DNA of 64,000 bases, taken from contig CAVUZH010000013.1 of NCBI GenBank assembly GCA_963745835.1, positions 288,001 through 352,000 of the forward strand, read 5' to 3'. This DNA comes from an uncultured delta proteobacterium (lineage in GTDB: Bacteria > Desulfobacterota > Binatia > UBA9968). Position 1 is the first letter of the stretch; each line of letters starts with the position of its first letter. The notes under the pieces were generated by a model. It searched no databases and was not told the DNA's origin. It saw nothing but the letters and a program-made list of their open reading frames with translations. The translations under genes and the position numbers were made by a program. This document shows, one piece after another, positions 42,516 to 52,223 of the stretch.

Positions 42516-42545
42516 TGACACCTGTCGAATGGGCGTGGTACATGC
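42516..42545 (+). promoter_or_regulatory. Candidate internal sigma70 promoter for the SBP-ubiD genes
   Basis: TTGACA-18 nt-TACATG with a TG extended -10. Confidence 0.3.
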
Positions 42546-42601
42546 GGCTTGAAACGCCTGATACCGGAGCCACGAAAGATATCGTCTTTCAAGGAGGGGA
42601 A

Positions 42602-43597
42602 ATGGCAGGGGAAAAAATCACAAATATAAAGTCACTCCGGCACATGGCTCTGCTCATCGCGCTGGTCGCATTACCTTCGCCGGCCCGAGCTCAGTCTGAA
42701 ACCGTGAAGCTTGGAGATCTGGCGGCAATTTCCAACGCTGCCGTTTATATCGCCGTCGAGAAGGGATTCTTCAAGGAGCAGGGCGTCGTCACCGACATTA
42801 CCAACTTCGCCTCGGCGGCAAAGCAGGTTCCTGCTCTGGTGGCGGGTGAGCTGGAAGTTTCGGTCGGCTCAGCCAGCGCGGGACTTTTTAACGCCGTCGC
42901 CCAACAAGCGCCGTTTCGCATCGTAGCCGACAAGGGCCAAGCGCGGGAAGGATACGGATTTTCCTTATTGACGGTGCGCAAGGACTTAGTCGATTCAGGA
43001 CAAGTAAAAAGTTTCAGAGACCTTAAAGGAAAAAAGATCGCAATACTGGCCAAGGGCAACATCCAACACTATCTCGTCGGCAAGATGGCCGAAGAGGTCG
43101 GGCTCACAATCAATGACATCGAGCTGACTTTTCTAGATGCCGCTAGCCAGGTGACGGCTTTTGAGACCAAAGCCATTGACGCCGCCTATGCGGTGGAGCC
43201 CTGGGCAGCCCGCTTTGCCGAGCGCGGAGTCGCCGTACCTTTTCGCACTCCCGATCAGGTCAAGGGCCTGGGTCCGGTCCAGGTCGGCGTCATTATCTAT
43301 TCGGGCAAATTCATCAAAGAGCGCAGGCCCGTGGCGCAACGTTGGATGAATGCTTATCTCAAGGCAGCCGAGTTGTTTCATAAGAACGGAACCAAGAATC
43401 CGGAGATCGCGGCGATTTTGGAAAAATACACGAAGGTACCCGCCAAAGTCGTTCAAGCGGCTATTTCGCCGTATCAAGAGCCGCGGGGTAAGCTGCTCGT
43501 GGAAAACCTGGCGGATCAAGCCGAGTGGTTCACCAAGAACGGCATGCAGCAGAAAATCAGCGTTGACAACGCGCTGGACCTGAGTTTTTTGAAATGA
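42602..43597 (+). CDS. ABC substrate-binding protein (SsuA/NMT1-like)
   Basis: AAGGAGG RBS, signal peptide ending ARA, KGFFKEQG, DLKGKKIA. Confidence 0.9.
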   Translation: MAGEKITNIKSLRHMALLIALVALPSPARAQSETVKLGDLAAISNAAVYIAVEKGFFKEQGVVTDITNFASAAKQVPALVAGELEVSVGSASAGLFNAVAQQAPFRIVADKGQAREGYGFSLLTVRKDLVDSGQVKSFRDLKGKKIAILAKGNIQHYLVGKMAEEVGLTINDIELTFLDAASQVTAFETKAIDAAYAVEPWAARFAERGVAVPFRTPDQVKGLGPVQVGVIIYSGKFIKERRPVAQRWMNAYLKAAELFHKNGTKNPEIAAILEKYTKVPAKVVQAAISPYQEPRGKLLVENLADQAEWFTKNGMQQKISVDNALDLSFLK

Positions 43598-43669
43598 AAA
43601 CGGGACACGCCATTTGGGCTTGAATCGTTGCGGCTCCGCGAAGCGGTCAGCCTGTGTTCCTGGTATTTC

Positions 43670-43757
43670 CTGGATTCCCTCTTGCGCGCTGTCGCCGGCT
43701 CGGCTGGAATGACACAGACCTATGCTGCGAATCTTTCGTAGAGGTCACACTATTTAG
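43670..43757. repeat. Degenerate REP/MITE-like repeat
   Basis: TGGATTCC...GGCTCGGCTGGAATGACA; resembles 15716-15790. Confidence 0.4.
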
Positions 43758-43763
43758 GAAGGA

Positions 43764-45158
43764 ATGCCTGTGGCAAAAGATTTAAGGCAATTCTTGAAGG
43801 AGGTGGAAGCAGAGGAGCCGGATCAGATACTGCGAGTGAAGAAGGAAGTTGATCCGCACTTTGAAGTGACGGGAGTGCTCGCCCAATTGGAAAAGGAGCG
43901 AAAATTTCCGATCGTTATCTTCGAGAGGGTGAAAGGCTCGGCTCTGCCGGTCGTAACCAACGTTCATGCCGACGCCCAGCGTTTGTTTCGAGCCATCGGG
44001 CTCAAAAACGGAACGCTGCCGGAATTCATCCGCGAGTACTCCGCCCGGGAGGATTCTCCCATGTCGCCGGTATTGCTCAAAGAAGCGCCCGTACAAGAGG
44101 TCGTCGTTACCGGGAAAGATGTAGACGTGACCCGTCTGCCGATTCTGACTTACCATGAAAAGGATGCCGGCCGATACATAACCGCGGGTTTCGGCATCAT
44201 GCGAGATCCGGACTCAGCGGTGCGCAATGCCGGCATTTACCGGCTCATGGTCCACTCTCAAAATACTTTCGGCGTCCAGCTATCTGAAACCGCGCACGGT
44301 CACTATATTTGGCAAATGTACGAGCGGCAAAATAAGCCCACGCCCATGGCGGTGGCGATCGGGCATCATCCGGCTTTTTATGTCGGTTGCCTTTCCTTTA
44401 CTTCTCTGGAGACCGACGAATTCTCGGTCGCGGGCGGAGTCATGGGCGAGCCCGTAGAGCTGGTGCCCTGCCGGACCATCGATTTAGAAGTTCCGGCTCA
44501 GGCCGAGATCGTGCTCGAGTGCGAGATTCTTCCCCATTTGCGCAAGCCGGAAGCGCCCTTCGGCGAATACCCGGGAACTTACGGACCGCAGCGCAATAAC
44601 CCGATCGTCCAAGTCAAAGCCATCACCATGCGCCGCGATGCGCTCTACCAATCCAGCTTCGTGGGTCACGCCGATAATCTCCTGCTCTCGGGCATCGTTC
44701 GCTCCACGGTCATCATGAAAATAGTAAAGATGGCGTCGCCTAAAGTCCGAGCGGTGCACGTCCCGACGTCAGGCAGGTGCCGTTTCATTTGTTACGTTTC
44801 CATAGAGAAGATCATCGAAGGGGAGCCCAAGAATGCCGCCATGGCAGCGTTTGCCGCCGACCCGTTTCTCAAATACGTTGTCGTGGTAGACCAAGATGTT
44901 GATATCCTGAACGATGAGGAAGTGCTGCACGCGATCGCAACCCGAGTCCGCGCCGATACGGATATCTTCATGGTAACGAATGCCAAGGGTTCACCGCTCG
45001 ATCCCGCGTCTTACGACCCGGCGGGAGGTTCTCATCTTGTGACCAAAATGGGAATCGACGCCACCCGCAAGGCCAACTATCCCGAGGAGATCCGCGTTCC
45101 GGGATCGGAAAACATTAGGCTCGAGGACTACATTCCCGGCTGGCGTTCAACGCATTAG
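43764..45158 (+). CDS. UbiD family prFMN-dependent (de)carboxylase
   Basis: DAGRYIT, RNAGIYR, EAPFGEYPGTY, VVVVDQDVDI, KMGIDAT. Confidence 0.92.
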   Translation: MPVAKDLRQFLKEVEAEEPDQILRVKKEVDPHFEVTGVLAQLEKERKFPIVIFERVKGSALPVVTNVHADAQRLFRAIGLKNGTLPEFIREYSAREDSPMSPVLLKEAPVQEVVVTGKDVDVTRLPILTYHEKDAGRYITAGFGIMRDPDSAVRNAGIYRLMVHSQNTFGVQLSETAHGHYIWQMYERQNKPTPMAVAIGHHPAFYVGCLSFTSLETDEFSVAGGVMGEPVELVPCRTIDLEVPAQAEIVLECEILPHLRKPEAPFGEYPGTYGPQRNNPIVQVKAITMRRDALYQSSFVGHADNLLLSGIVRSTVIMKIVKMASPKVRAVHVPTSGRCRFICYVSIEKIIEGEPKNAAMAAFAADPFLKYVVVVDQDVDILNDEEVLHAIATRVRADTDIFMVTNAKGSPLDPASYDPAGGSHLVTKMGIDATRKANYPEEIRVPGSENIRLEDYIPGWRSTH

Positions 45159-45316
45159 CGGTCTGTTGAAGAAATTCCATATGCTCGTTGCGTTCAATCG
45201 CCTCACTCCAATCCGTGTTCGTGAAACGTTTCGCGTTGGGTTCAGAATTCTCGATCACGTTTTCACGGACGCGAGCACGCCAATCCGCCTCCCCTCTGGA
45301 CTCTGAGCAGCCAGTG
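45156..45316 (+). mobile_element. MITE-like repeat, subfamily B
   Basis: Begins on the ubiD TAG; homologous by eye to the reverse complement of 24180-24300. Confidence 0.6.
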
Positions 45317-45342
45317 AACGCGGCGGCTTGTTAGCCGTAGAA

Positions 45343-46341
45343 TCAGCCGCGCAGCGCCGGCATGACTTCGCGGGTGAAAAGGTCGAGTGATTGTTGGCAG
45401 GCTTCGCGGCGAATTCCCGGCACCGAGAATCGGCAGACGAGATATTTGATTCCTAATCTTTCTTGGAAGCGAATGATTTCCTCGAGGCAGGTTTTCGGGT
45501 CGCCTAGAATAATCCGGTCTTCGGCAAGTCGCTCGATTGTGAGTTGCCCCCGAGGCCGTTTGACGACGGGGTGCGGCCAGCGGAAGTACATCCTTTCAAA
45601 CGCATTGATAAACGGATCTCCTGCCGCACTGATTGCTTCCTTCGTGCTGCTCGCTACGAAGACGTAGCGAAACAAGGCCACCTCGCCTTCACCCTTTCCC
45701 GTCTCCTCGCAAGCTTTTCGATACAGCTCTGCGCACGGCGCGATCTCTTGGAGATTAGCCGAAGGCCCGACGAACCAGGCATCTCCAAGTCGCGCCACCC
45801 GCCGGATCGCCGGCTCCGCCCAGGCGCCGAACCAGATCGGCGGGCTTGGCCGCTGCACCGGCCGGGGCGCCACCGTGGCATTTTCCAGTTGATAGTATTT
45901 TCCGCGATGAGTGACGTTCTCTTCGGTCCAGAGCCGACGAAGTAGCGCAGCGCTCTCCTCCAGCCTGTCGCCCCGCTCCTTCAGTGAACAACCAAAGGCA
46001 GCGAATTCCTCAGGCGCGTAGCCGGCGCCAACGCCCAGGATCAAGCGCCCGCCGGAAATCATGTCGACCATGGCGCCTTCTTCGGCAACCATCATCGGGT
46101 GATAGAGCGGCAGTAAAAGAACGCCCGTGCCCAAGCGGATGGTTCGTGTGCGGCTGGCAATGGCGGCGAGTCCAATGAGTGGTGCCGGATACAAAACCGG
46201 ATTGTTGTGGTGCTCGCCCAGCCAGATCGAGTCAAATCCGGCGATCTCCGCTCGTTGGCATTCCCGGAGGGTCTCCTCAAAGCTCGCTTGTCCCTGAAGA
46301 GGGCTTAGACCAATTTTAATAGCACGCACCATGTTCATCAC
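45343..46341 (-). CDS. LLM-class flavin-dependent oxidoreductase
   Basis: GFDSIWLGEHH, IRLGTGVLLLPLYHP, PRPVQRPSPPIW. Confidence 0.92.
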   Translation of the reverse strand: MMNMVRAIKIGLSPLQGQASFEETLRECQRAEIAGFDSIWLGEHHNNPVLYPAPLIGLAAIASRTRTIRLGTGVLLLPLYHPMMVAEEGAMVDMISGGRLILGVGAGYAPEEFAAFGCSLKERGDRLEESAALLRRLWTEENVTHRGKYYQLENATVAPRPVQRPSPPIWFGAWAEPAIRRVARLGDAWFVGPSANLQEIAPCAELYRKACEETGKGEGEVALFRYVFVASSTKEAISAAGDPFINAFERMYFRWPHPVVKRPRGQLTIERLAEDRIILGDPKTCLEEIIRFQERLGIKYLVCRFSVPGIRREACQQSLDLFTREVMPALRG

Positions 46342-46634
46342 TTTCCCTTTTTATAATTGCGCTTTCATTTCACCCTGCAACTTCTCGATTGCGATCATAC
46401 GCCTGTGCTTACCACGGTAAACCAAAGCGTCACAACCGCGACTATTTCAAAACAGAACGGCCTGATTCGCCAAATTGAAACTGTGATTTTTCATCTCACC
46501 CGTATAACTTCGAGGCGCGGCGTGCTATTTTCTCCAAATAGGGCGTCAGACAATGCGCTGGGATTGCAAGCCTCGTTGATGATCCGACTGTTAAGACCGC
46601 GTGATGCCGGCATCGAAATCCATCGGGACTCTGC

Positions 46635-47825
46635 ATGAAAATGATCGATAACCCATTCTGGACCGTCACCTTGCCGGAGATGCTCGACGTCGTCTTTGTC
46701 GCTATTCTCCTCTACACAGCTATTGTTTGGGCGCAACAGACCCGCGCCGCTTTTGTGGTTCGAGGAATTTTAATCCTCGGTTCCATCTACATTATCGCCA
46801 AGTACCTCGATCTGCAGATGACCGCATGGATCTTTCAGGGTTTCTTCGCGATTTTCTTGATCATGATCGTAGTGATCTTTCAGGAGGAATTGCGCCAGTT
46901 ATTCGAGCGCATCGCGGTCTGGAGCCTGGCGCGGAGAACCCCGACTTTGGGTTCGAGCACTTCAGACGTCCTGGTTCGCACCGTAGCCGATCTCGCCAAG
47001 GAACACGTCGGCGCGTTGATCGTCATCCGCGGCAACGATCCGCTCGAGCGACATATCACCGGCGGAATCCCTCTGGACGGCAAAGTAAGCGCGCCGCTGC
47101 TGAAGAGCATTTTCGATCCCCATTCACCGGGGCATGACGGCGCGGTTCTGGTGGACCAAGATAACATCTCGAGATTCGCGGCTCACCTACCGCTATCCAA
47201 GGATCTCAGACAACTTGCCAACGTCGGCACCCGGCACTCGGCGGCTTTGGGATTGGCGGAACTAACCGATGCCCTATGTATCGTCGTGTCCGAAGAGCGC
47301 GGCACAATCTCGGTGGGCAGAGATGGCAAGCTTCGCGAGGTGCAGAATATACAAGAGCTTGGCGCCGTTCTCGAAAACTTTTTGCAAACAAAATTTCCGT
47401 CGTCGACGCAAAACAATATCGCATTGCCGCTTTTTCGCGAGAACTGGATCGCCAAAGCCATCGCCATCGCGCTGGCAATTGGGTTTTGGTACATCTTCGT
47501 GCCCGGTTCTAAGACGGTCGACGTCAGCTATACGGTTCCGGTGAGCGTTGAGAATCTTCCCCCCGATCTTCAAGTCGAAGACATCGAGCCGCCGGTGGTA
47601 AACGCTACCTTTCGCGGACCGCGGCGGGCTTTTTATCTGTTTAATTCGAGTAAGATCAAAGTCGCAATCGACGTTTCCATGGCGGAGCTTGGGCGGCGAA
47701 CCTTCACGATTTCAGAGAAAAACATTCAATATCCGAAAGAGCTCACGTTGCAGGACGTCAGCCCTTCGACCCTCAGGCTGTCGGTGCGAAGGGTTCCAAA
47801 CGCCAATGACACGAACCGCGGCTAG
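46635..47825 (+). CDS. cdaA: Diadenylate cyclase CdaA/DacA fused to a YbbR domain
   Basis: 3 N-terminal TMs, IFQEELR, HDGA, GTRHSAA, VVSEERG, then a TM and a YbbR-like beta domain. Confidence 0.85.
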   Translation: MKMIDNPFWTVTLPEMLDVVFVAILLYTAIVWAQQTRAAFVVRGILILGSIYIIAKYLDLQMTAWIFQGFFAIFLIMIVVIFQEELRQLFERIAVWSLARRTPTLGSSTSDVLVRTVADLAKEHVGALIVIRGNDPLERHITGGIPLDGKVSAPLLKSIFDPHSPGHDGAVLVDQDNISRFAAHLPLSKDLRQLANVGTRHSAALGLAELTDALCIVVSEERGTISVGRDGKLREVQNIQELGAVLENFLQTKFPSSTQNNIALPLFRENWIAKAIAIALAIGFWYIFVPGSKTVDVSYTVPVSVENLPPDLQVEDIEPPVVNATFRGPRRAFYLFNSSKIKVAIDVSMAELGRRTFTISEKNIQYPKELTLQDVSPSTLRLSVRRVPNANDTNRG

Positions 47826-47991
47826 CTAATGATCTCCGGCTGATGACGACGCGATTACTTGATCGCTCCGCGCCGAGACCAGCAACACGGCCAATACCGA
47901 TGAAGGGCAGATCTCGGAAGGTAAAAGTGCTTTCGCAATCGTTCCTTTACAGAAGGGATTCAGCGACAACACGGAAAGAAGCAGTGCGCTT

Positions 47992-48624
47992 ATGATCGAG
48001 TTCGAAGGAAGAAAAATACCTGTCGAGTTAAGTGAAATCGTTGACCCGAGCCGCTCGGTACTGCTGGTTTGGGACATGCAAAACGATCAGGCCGGCGGTG
48101 CATTCAACAAACAAGATTTAATACGCAACAGCCCGCCGGTAATTGCCGCAGCCGCTCATAGCCGCATAAAGACGATCTACACGCGACAAACGCCGTTCTT
48201 GTGGAAGGACGAGGCGCCAACCTGGATCCGCCGCGGCATGAAAGATCAAAAGGTCGATGATCCAAGCCAACTGAAACCGCGCCGGCTCCACGGCAGCTTT
48301 GGCTGGCAATTCATGGAACCGTTCAAACCGGATGAGAGCGACGTGGTCATCGACAAGCGGCGACCGACGATGTTTATCGGCAACGAGTTCGAAACGATTC
48401 TCAACAATCGCGGCGCGTCGACTGTGGTGATGATCGGCTGTACGACGGACGGCGGCGTCGAAGCGACGGTTCGCGATGGCCATAATCGCGGTTACTTCAT
48501 GGTTGTCGTGCGCGATTGCGTCGGCACTTATACCGAAGAAGGTCACAATGCCGCGCTTAAACGCATCGAAAGATTCGGCGATCTGGTGGATTCTTCCAAA
48601 TTGATTGATCTCTGGCGGAAATAG
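47992..48624 (+). CDS. Isochorismatase/cysteine hydrolase family protein
   Basis: LLVWDMQND, VIDKRR, GCTTDGGVEATVRD. Confidence 0.88.
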   Translation: MIEFEGRKIPVELSEIVDPSRSVLLVWDMQNDQAGGAFNKQDLIRNSPPVIAAAAHSRIKTIYTRQTPFLWKDEAPTWIRRGMKDQKVDDPSQLKPRRLHGSFGWQFMEPFKPDESDVVIDKRRPTMFIGNEFETILNNRGASTVVMIGCTTDGGVEATVRDGHNRGYFMVVVRDCVGTYTEEGHNAALKRIERFGDLVDSSKLIDLWRK

Positions 48625-48632
48625 ACTCGGCG

Positions 48633-49025
48633 GTGGCAATCGACATCAGAGAAATTTTGGCAAAATTTCGTAGCGGCGCCGAAGAAGAAGCTTTTTTCGA
48701 ACTGCTGTAAATGCCGGGCGAGGTCATTCCGTATTTGATCGGCTGCTTTCGCAGCGAGGCGCTTCCGGCAGCGCGAGCTTTCTCGTCGAAGTGGCTTGGA
48801 AGCGCTCGTGACGAGTCGGTCATTCCTTTTCTGGATGAAGCGCATAGGGATTCAGCAGAGGACGTTTGGCAGGAAGCTCTCGACGGTTTGGTGACTCTTG
48901 CCTCCGCCGAATCGTTGGAGGTTCTCCAGTCGGCCAGAAGTCGAGAGTTCGCCGATGGAGCTGCAGAAAAGTGTTTCTGCCTTTGGCTGGAAGAGGCGAT
49001 TGAGCAAGTTGAATTCGAGTTATGA
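48633..49025 (+). pseudogene. HEAT-repeat-like small protein with an in-frame TAA at 48708
   Basis: VAIDIREILAKF..FFELL*MPGEVIPYL..VWQEALDGLVTL. Confidence 0.5.
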
Positions 49026-49340
49026 ATCGTCAAGGCGGTTCCGCATCGATCATCTCTGTTGGTCAGCACTTTTTCGTTCATATTCTCATGATATCTCTTC
49101 TGGCACAGCGATTCTGCTACCTTGTCCCTCGCCGAAGAAGGCAAGGATGAGGGTGAATTAATTAAATCTCCTCACCTTTGCGAGGGATAGGAAGTAAACC
49201 CAAGCTCACTTGAAGATGCCGCTAAATCTTCGTACCAATTGCTGTTCCTTTGATATCTTTGATCCGGTTGCCAACTCGGCCCTGAACGAGTTAAAAGTGT
49301 CTCAAAAAGTTCGGTGCGGCAAGCCAAAAGGAGATTACCC

Positions 49341-50312
49341 ATGACGCAGTCTGACGGTGCGAAAAAGGCATTGCATGTCGCGACGCTGTCCGGTTGGTAT
49401 CGTTTCGAACAGGACGGCAGGGAGTGGAAACAAACCAAACGCGATCTGTCGTACTGGAGCCTGACCTGTATGTCAGTTGACCCGGAGAATCCGCAGAAGA
49501 TTTACGCGGGCACCGAGCATTCCGGTCTGTTTTACACCGATAATGCCGGAGCGAGTTGGAATCGCGCGCAGCCCAATGTCCCCAAAATGATGTTGTTTGC
49601 CATACTCGCGTTAAATGGGCGAGTTATGGTGGGAACGATTCCATCAGCGGTTTACCGCAGCAGGAACGGCGGCTGGGAAGAATTGGAAGGGGTACGGATC
49701 AACAGCGCGGGGGCGAATTTTCCGCCAAGTCCCGAACTGCAATCACGGACCCGTTATTTGACATTCGATCCCGCTTTTCCCAACCGGATCTATGCCGGAA
49801 TCGAAGTCGGCGGGATGCTCGTTAGTGATGACGACGGTGAGAACTGGCAGCCTGCCAATGAAGGGCTGACCGACATGGATATCCATGAAGTTCTGGCGTC
49901 TAGAAATAGTGCAGGATTGGTGATCGCAGCTTGCGGCGAGGCTGCGTTTCGCAGTTTCGATCGTGCAGCCCATTGGGAAGCTATCACTCCCAAGAGCCAT
50001 GACTACGGCACTTCCGTGGCTGAAGACAACGATGGCGTCGTATATCTCGGCAGCGCCAAAGGACGGCCTAATGGATGGGTTCGTAAAGAGGGCGCCATGG
50101 CCGCTATTTTTCGCAGCCGTGATAAAGGATCCACTTGGGAGAAAATCATCGACAATCTAAAAGGCGGCGTCATGCACATGTGCCCGCTGCCGGACGGCAA
50201 AGGCATGATCGCCGGCACTTCCGACGGGAGTCTGCTGGTTGTCGATGACGCCGGCGCGCGCGAGATTGTCACAGGTCTGCCGTTCGTCACATCGGTCGAG
50301 TTAGCAGCGTAA
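49341..50312 (+). CDS. BNR/Asp-box beta-propeller protein
   Basis: Repeats TDNAGASW, SDDDGENW, SFDRAAHW, SRDKGSTW; no signal peptide. Confidence 0.85.
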   Translation: MTQSDGAKKALHVATLSGWYRFEQDGREWKQTKRDLSYWSLTCMSVDPENPQKIYAGTEHSGLFYTDNAGASWNRAQPNVPKMMLFAILALNGRVMVGTIPSAVYRSRNGGWEELEGVRINSAGANFPPSPELQSRTRYLTFDPAFPNRIYAGIEVGGMLVSDDDGENWQPANEGLTDMDIHEVLASRNSAGLVIAACGEAAFRSFDRAAHWEAITPKSHDYGTSVAEDNDGVVYLGSAKGRPNGWVRKEGAMAAIFRSRDKGSTWEKIIDNLKGGVMHMCPLPDGKGMIAGTSDGSLLVVDDAGAREIVTGLPFVTSVELAA

Positions 50313-50422
50313 AAACTGCCGCGCGTCATAGTTTCGGGCAGGCTGCAGTAGTCCGTGCAGGCGCCCGCCAATCGGCTATTATCGAAGCGAATATTACTGA
50401 GGCTCCCTGACAAAGGTCCAAG

Positions 50423-51067
50423 ATGAAGCTCTATACATTTTTTCGCAGTTCGGCGTCCTATCGCGTACGCATCGCGCTTAACTTAAAAGGTCTGGATTAT
50501 GAGCAGGCGCCGATACACTTGCGTCGTGGCGGCGGCGAGCAGTTAAAGCCGGCGTACAAGGCGATCAATCCACAGGCTCTAGTGCCGGCGCTGGAAGATG
50601 AGGGGCAAATTTTTTCACAGTCTTTAGCGATTATCGAGTATCTGGAGGAGCGCTATCCAAAACCGCCTTTGCTCCCCAGCGATCCAGCCCAGCGCGCGGT
50701 CGTGCGCAGCATGGCGCTGCTGATTGCCTGCGAGGTGCATCCGATTCAAAATCTTCGGGTGCTGAACCACCTCAAGAGCGATCACAAACAATCCGATGAC
50801 GACACGATCCGTTGGGCACGCCACTGGATCAATCTTGGGCTTTCAGCGCTCGAACAGATGATAATCTCTGTAACCGAACCGGGAGATTTTTGCTTCGGCA
50901 AAACGCCGACCATGGCCGATATCTGCCTAGTGCCGCAACTCGGCAATGCGCGCCGCTTCGGTGTCGATTTGTCAGCGTACCCAAAACTGCTCGCAATCGA
51001 ATCTGCCTGTATGTCCCTTCCTGCGTTTGCCGATGCCGCGCCAGAACACCAACCCGACGCGGAATAG
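50423..51067 (+). CDS. maiA: Maleylacetoacetate/maleylpyruvate isomerase (GST zeta)
   Basis: RSSASYRVRIALNLKG, NPQALVPAL, HPIQNLRVL, PEHQPDA. Confidence 0.93.
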   Translation: MKLYTFFRSSASYRVRIALNLKGLDYEQAPIHLRRGGGEQLKPAYKAINPQALVPALEDEGQIFSQSLAIIEYLEERYPKPPLLPSDPAQRAVVRSMALLIACEVHPIQNLRVLNHLKSDHKQSDDDTIRWARHWINLGLSALEQMIISVTEPGDFCFGKTPTMADICLVPQLGNARRFGVDLSAYPKLLAIESACMSLPAFADAAPEHQPDAE

Positions 51068-51173
51068 TTAGCAGTCGCGATGATCAGCCGGCAGTTCGTT
51101 TATGTTCTATATGGACGAGCATACTCCAGTTATTGATCTATGCCTTTGCTCTTCAGCCTTCTGATGACCATCG

Positions 51174-51941
51174 ATGTTCGTACTTAAGCAGTTTCTGAAA
51201 GCGCTCGTTCTACCGCCAACGCCATGGCTGCTGATGCTGCTGGCGGTGCTGATATTTTGGCACCGGCGCTGGGCCCGTAAGTTACTTCTGTTGACCTTGG
51301 TGCTGATCACCGCGTTGCACAGCAGCTTGGTTGGTTATGTGTTGCGCTATCCCCTTGAGTCACGCTATGCGCCGCTGCTCGATCCGGGCGCTCTCTCTTA
51401 CGACGCCATCGTGGTCCTCACCGGCAGTATGATCCCGGCCGAAGGGCTGATTCCTTTGTCGACCATCGACGAGCATATGTTTCGCCGTCTCGATGAAGCC
51501 TGGCGTCTTTATCGAATCCAACCCAAGCCGATTATCTTATCCGGCGGGCACGTCAATCCGTTCACCCCTGATAAAGACGAGAACCGGATCGGTCGCGAAT
51601 ATCTGATTCGCTGGGGCGTGCCGAAACACCATGTCCTTGGCGAGGGCAAATCCCGAGATACCTTCGAGAGCGCAACTGAAGTGCAAAAGCTTCTCAAACG
51701 GCGGGGTTGGAAGCGCTACTTGCTGGTTACATCAGCACTGCACATGCCGCGCAGCATGCTGGCATTCGAAGCCAAAGCCCCGGAACCGGTTCCGGCGCCG
51801 GGCGATTACACGCTCGGCAAGCTGCGACTCACACCACTGGATTTTTTCCCGCGCGAAGGCGCCGCTCGCGGCATATACGCAACGGCGCACGAGTACATCG
51901 GCCTCGCGAACTATTACTTGCGGATTCGATTTGATTCGTAG
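51174..51941 (+). CDS. YdcF/ElyC (DUF218) family protein
   Basis: AIVVLTG, IILSGG, SRDTFE, LVTSALHMPRS. Confidence 0.9.
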   Translation: MFVLKQFLKALVLPPTPWLLMLLAVLIFWHRRWARKLLLLTLVLITALHSSLVGYVLRYPLESRYAPLLDPGALSYDAIVVLTGSMIPAEGLIPLSTIDEHMFRRLDEAWRLYRIQPKPIILSGGHVNPFTPDKDENRIGREYLIRWGVPKHHVLGEGKSRDTFESATEVQKLLKRRGWKRYLLVTSALHMPRSMLAFEAKAPEPVPAPGDYTLGKLRLTPLDFFPREGAARGIYATAHEYIGLANYYLRIRFDS

Positions 51942-52223
51942 CGCACCGCTGCGATCATCGAACGAACGCAGCCGAACCATTGACTGCTTGGTTCCGATCG
52001 TTATCAAGTAACTGCCGGTTGAAAAACCATCCAGGAGTGATAGCGTCCACGGCTGGCGGGCTATCCCGGGTGCGCCTCGATGCCATCGCTGTACGCGTGG
52101 AACCAGTCGCGCAGTTTGATTCAAATCCGTTAAGCAACCGACACCGATACATTTCTCTCGAACTAGTGACTTTTGAAACCGGCCTCAAACGTTAATCCGA
52201 CCTGATTCGAAACGAGGTGAACC

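Noticed and set aside
48708-48710. Stop-codon recoding (Sec/Pyl)
   Set aside because: The codon is TAA; a GAA-to-TAA nonsense change or an error is more likely. No in-frame TGA was seen in the Mo enzymes.
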